Positions 61,007 to 64,000 of a DNA stretch of 64,000 nucleotides are shown piece after piece. Positions within the stretch are counted from its first letter, which is position 1; each line of letters starts with the position of its first letter. The notes beneath the pieces are model-generated. The model was not told where the DNA came from and ran no database searches. It worked only from the letters and a program-made list of their open reading frames with translations. This DNA comes from Ignavibacteriales bacterium. Lineage in GTDB: Bacteria; Bacillota_I; Bacilli_A; RF39; UBA660. The translations under genes were made by a program, and so were the position numbers. The stretch is from NCBI GenBank assembly GCA_050259235.1, contig JBLNAG010000001.1, positions 86,640-150,639 on the forward strand, given 5' to 3'.

Positions 61007-63577
61007 TTATGGTTCTAACCACACTTTATATAGTTTAGTTGTACCATTTTCTAATCCTCTTACATTAAGAACATATTTTATATAAAAATTTCCATTCATA
61101 CTTGAAATATCCAAACTAGTAATATTCCTTGAACCACTTGGATAAGTACCACAATTTATAGTAATCTTGGGTTCATCAGGTTGAGCAACTGTTTTTGATG
61201 CACTTATTATCAAATTCATGTAATTACAACTACCAGACTGTGAGGAATCAATCTTTAAAGTACTATAATCTGTTAAATCAACCGGATTATCAGTGACCCA
61301 AGTAGCAGATCCCACAGTATAATCATCACTACTTGATACAGTGGTAAGAAGATCTGTCGCCTCTTTTGTTCTAGTAACTGTTACATACGCACTACTTGTT
61401 GCAGAACCTACAACCCAAGCACTACTGTTAACCCCTTCATTATAAAGATAAGTAATTGCAGGTGGAGGTGTGATTATTAAAACTGGACGGAAACTAGAAT
61501 AATAATCAACATTTCCTCCTGTAGGACCAAAGGCAAACGTGTCTGCTAAATAGCCTTCTTCCCAATAATGGCCGCGAGTAAACCAAGGATTGTTTAAGCC
61601 AGGCATAACAGACTCTCCTGTAAACCATGAACATTCACCACACCCTGTCGGCCCAAAATTACTTGTTTCGTAAATTGCATCGCCTTTATGGGAAATAGTT
61701 AAAGAATAATTTTCATTTTCATCAGCACTACTTCCTTTACTATATATATCCTTATATTTTACATTTGCATTGATTATTGAAGAACCATATGTATTTAAAC
61801 TACTACTAGCATTATCTACATAAGCAGCTACATATTCGAATGTGCCACCACTCATATCATATATACCATATATTGTTCCTGTGGTACTTGCATTTACCCC
61901 ATTTGTTGTTTCATATGTATTTCTACACCCACCAATACTATCATTAGCCGAGTTACTTGCACAGCCTGTTGTTACTGGCTCGGAATCATTAATCCATACT
62001 TCACCATTTTTGCCATACGTTGATTGAGCTAGATATGCTACTGCTCCCCATTCAATATTCTTTATTAAATGAGTGTCTATTTCTGTTCCACTTGTTCCCC
62101 ATCCATATGTACTGTTGGTCTCCATATTTCTTGATACTGTAAAAGCATTACCTATTTTAAGACATATCCATGGGGATGCATTTGGTATTATTTTAACTGT
62201 TTTTGTTGTGACGTCATCAGCAGCAACACAACCATATCCATTAGATGCTACACCTGAAGCTGCTGTAGCTTCAAACTTAGCCACCCATATTCCAGTTAAT
62301 TCTGTAGTTCCAAAGGTGAAAGCTGGATGATTAGTCCATTTATTATTTGAAGCATTAGCTGTAGTACCAGTATCAATACTACCTATAACACTACTGTTCC
62401 AGTTATCATTAGTGTTTTTTGTGAATTGTATATCAATTGTTCCTGCAGTATTTGTATGCCATCCACTTGATATTTTATAAATAAATCTTGGAATCCAAAC
62501 CCAAAATGAACCATCTGCAGTTTTAGCATTTGCCCATTTCTTAGAATCATAATTATACCAATTTGGATCATCAGCAGTTGTATTTTTCCATGAACTTCCA
62601 TCCCATACAATTGGTGTCATTCCTGTTGCTAATTCTGGAGCATTAACGTATGTACTACCAACAGTTATTGTTCTTTTTTTAGAAGTAGTGTTATTACTAC
62701 TATCTGTTACTTTATATGTTAGATAATAGGTACCAGGTATTATACTCAAATCACCCATAATTTCAATTTGACTTGTTAAATCTCCATCATAATTATCAGT
62801 TGCTGTAGCACCTGTCCTTGCATTAAAAGTAAGTGCTTCAGCTGGAGCTAATACAATATTACCCGGTACTACTAATGATGGTTTAGTTTTATCACTTACA
62901 GTTACTGTACGAGTGACTGTTGTTTTATATCCATTATCAGGATCAGTTACTTGATATTTTACTGTATAAGTGCCAAAAGCACTTGTACTAATACTACTAC
63001 CAGAACCACTAATAGTTGTTATAACATTAGACTGAGCAATTAAATTACCTTCACTATCTAAAGCAATTACTCCAGGATCAGTATATACATCAAATATTTC
63101 AACACGTTGCATTGGTGAACCATTTATTATTAACACTGGTGCATCAGGATTTATTACAGCAGTTCCTGTTCTTGTACCAGTATTAACTAATACTTCATAT
63201 TCAAAAGTATTCAGTTTTTTAGTAATAGTTACTAGCATATCATTAGGAAATAATTCGTCTGTTAACGGATTCAATATACCTTTATTAACATATCCCCCTT
63301 GTTTTAATTGATATAATGTCAAAGTAATTATTTCGCCATCTTCAGAAGGTAAATAAGATAAATTATCAGTTGCCCATTCCTTTAGACTTGATTCTATATT
63401 ACTAATTTGTGTTTCATATAGTTTTTGTTTACTATTTTTAATATTTTTTTCTACTGCAGGAAGTGCTATTAAAACAATTAGTCCTAATATACTAATTACT
63501 CCTAATAGTTCAATTAATGTAAATGCGTTTCTTTTCATAAGCACCCCTTTAACATATATTTCTATAAATTTTATCAA
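61007..63577 (-). CDS. Giant modular type IV pilin-like protein (856-aa ORF; likely 843 aa starting at the ATG at 63538), paralog with internal insertion and ~150-aa C-terminal extension
   Basis: RBS AAAGGGGTG then ATG AAA AGA AAC GCA TTT gives MKRNAFTLIELLGVISILGLIVLIALP. Same DUF5011 pair and W-rich domain; insertion TAASGVASNGYGCVAADDVTTKTVKII... Confidence 0.7.
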   Translation of the reverse strand: MIKFIEIYVKGVLMKRNAFTLIELLGVISILGLIVLIALPAVEKNIKNSKQKLYETQISNIESSLKEWATDNLSYLPSEDGEIITLTLYQLKQGGYVNKGILNPLTDELFPNDMLVTITKKLNTFEYEVLVNTGTRTGTAVINPDAPVLIINGSPMQRVEIFDVYTDPGVIALDSEGNLIAQSNVITTISGSGSSISTSAFGTYTVKYQVTDPDNGYKTTVTRTVTVSDKTKPSLVVPGNIVLAPAEALTFNARTGATATDNYDGDLTSQIEIMGDLSIIPGTYYLTYKVTDSSNNTTSKKRTITVGSTYVNAPELATGMTPIVWDGSSWKNTTADDPNWYNYDSKKWANAKTADGSFWVWIPRFIYKISSGWHTNTAGTIDIQFTKNTNDNWNSSVIGSIDTGTTANASNNKWTNHPAFTFGTTELTGIWVAKFEATAASGVASNGYGCVAADDVTTKTVKIIPNASPWICLKIGNAFTVSRNMETNSTYGWGTSGTEIDTHLIKNIEWGAVAYLAQSTYGKNGEVWINDSEPVTTGCASNSANDSIGGCRNTYETTNGVNASTTGTIYGIYDMSGGTFEYVAAYVDNASSSLNTYGSSIINANVKYKDIYSKGSSADENENYSLTISHKGDAIYETSNFGPTGCGECSWFTGESVMPGLNNPWFTRGHYWEEGYLADTFAFGPTGGNVDYYSSFRPVLIITPPPAITYLYNEGVNSSAWVVGSATSSAYVTVTRTKEATDLLTTVSSSDDYTVGSATWVTDNPVDLTDYSTLKIDSSQSGSCNYMNLIISASKTVAQPDEPKITINCGTYPSGSRNITSLDISSMNGNFYIKYVLNVRGLENGTTKLYKVWLEP

Positions 63578-64000
63578 AATAAGATATTTTTAGTATTAAA
63601 AAAGAAGTAATTTTACTTCTAACTACTTCAAATACAAAAAATATTAAATATTTTTATCACAATCTATACTTTATTTGAACATTTATTTCCTTATTTGCTA
63701 TGCTCATCAAGTAATTAGTGCAATCGGTATTTGAGTTGTCAAAATTCATTCGTTAGATAACACACCTATATATTCTTCAAGTTCACGTTTTGATATATGA
63801 GGAAGTTATTTTAATATAAAAATTAAATAATTTCTTTACCAATCTCTATTAGTGTTGTTCTTTTATTATATATAAATACATTATATAATTTATCAATATA
63901 TAAGTCAACAATCTATACAAAAAAAAAGAAGTAATATTACTTCTTTGCTTGTTCTAAAACATTAGTAACTGCTTCATAATACTTGTCAACTGAAATAGTT

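Noticed and set aside
1-64000. Possibility that this is a Mollicutes genome using TGA=Trp (very low GC, tRNA and glycan genes)
   Set aside because: Many ORFs of 400-980 aa contain no in-frame TGA. The single TGA interruption (GNAT at ~10472) is resolved by a frame change, not by readthrough. The standard code fits.
1-64000. CRISPR arrays, transposases, integrases, phage genes
   Set aside because: No direct-repeat/spacer periodicity was found. No DDE/serine/tyrosine recombinase-like ORFs. The only repeats are the terminator palindrome family, the pilin paralog blocks and the short wbuB 3'-end duplication.

Overview
Very AT-rich (~26-28% GC) bacterial chromosomal segment using the standard genetic code. 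Long ORFs contain no in-frame TGA, so it is a low-GC Firmicutes/Erysipelotrichia-like genome, not a TGA-recoding Mollicute. Coding density is high and almost everything is on the minus strand.

Layout, start to end:
- 0-18 kb: housekeeping and accessory genes. These include a MurNAc-LAA amidase, queH, a GtrA/GT2/large-membrane glycosylation module, a ThyX-like protein plus a PHP phosphoesterase, GNAT genes (one frameshifted), the divergent mntH/mntR pair, tRNA-Met, mscL, folD fused to a DUF1292 tail, glyA and rubrerythrin.
- 18.1-18.7 kb: an ORF-free, GC-enriched, probably structured RNA region.
- 18.8-46 kb: a ~27-kb cell-surface glycopolymer locus.
  - Linkage-unit enzymes: MnaA and TagA.
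  - Many GT2, GT4 and GT9 glycosyltransferases.
  - A complete ADP-heptose pathway: GmhA, HldE, GmhB and a heptosyltransferase.
  - A UDP-L-FucNAc pathway: CapE/FnlA, CapF/FnlB, Cap5G/FnlC and a WbuB-like transferase.
  - Both a Wzx flippase and a TagGH-like ABC exporter.
  - A second GtrABC-like module.
  - Two paralogous ~630-aa polytopic membrane proteins.
- 46-56 kb: a PASTA-only membrane protein, an acyltransferase-3, LemA/HtpX, SMC, tcdA, and a probable 6S RNA upstream of tcdA.
- 56.4-63.6 kb: three tandem, mosaic, giant (676-856 aa) type IV pilin-like genes. Each has a class III (prepilin) signal, DUF5011 Ig-like domains and a conserved ~330-aa W-rich domain of unknown function. Their 5' ends are near-identical at nucleotide level. 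This is the most unusual feature of the window.

No CRISPR array, transposase or integrase was seen.
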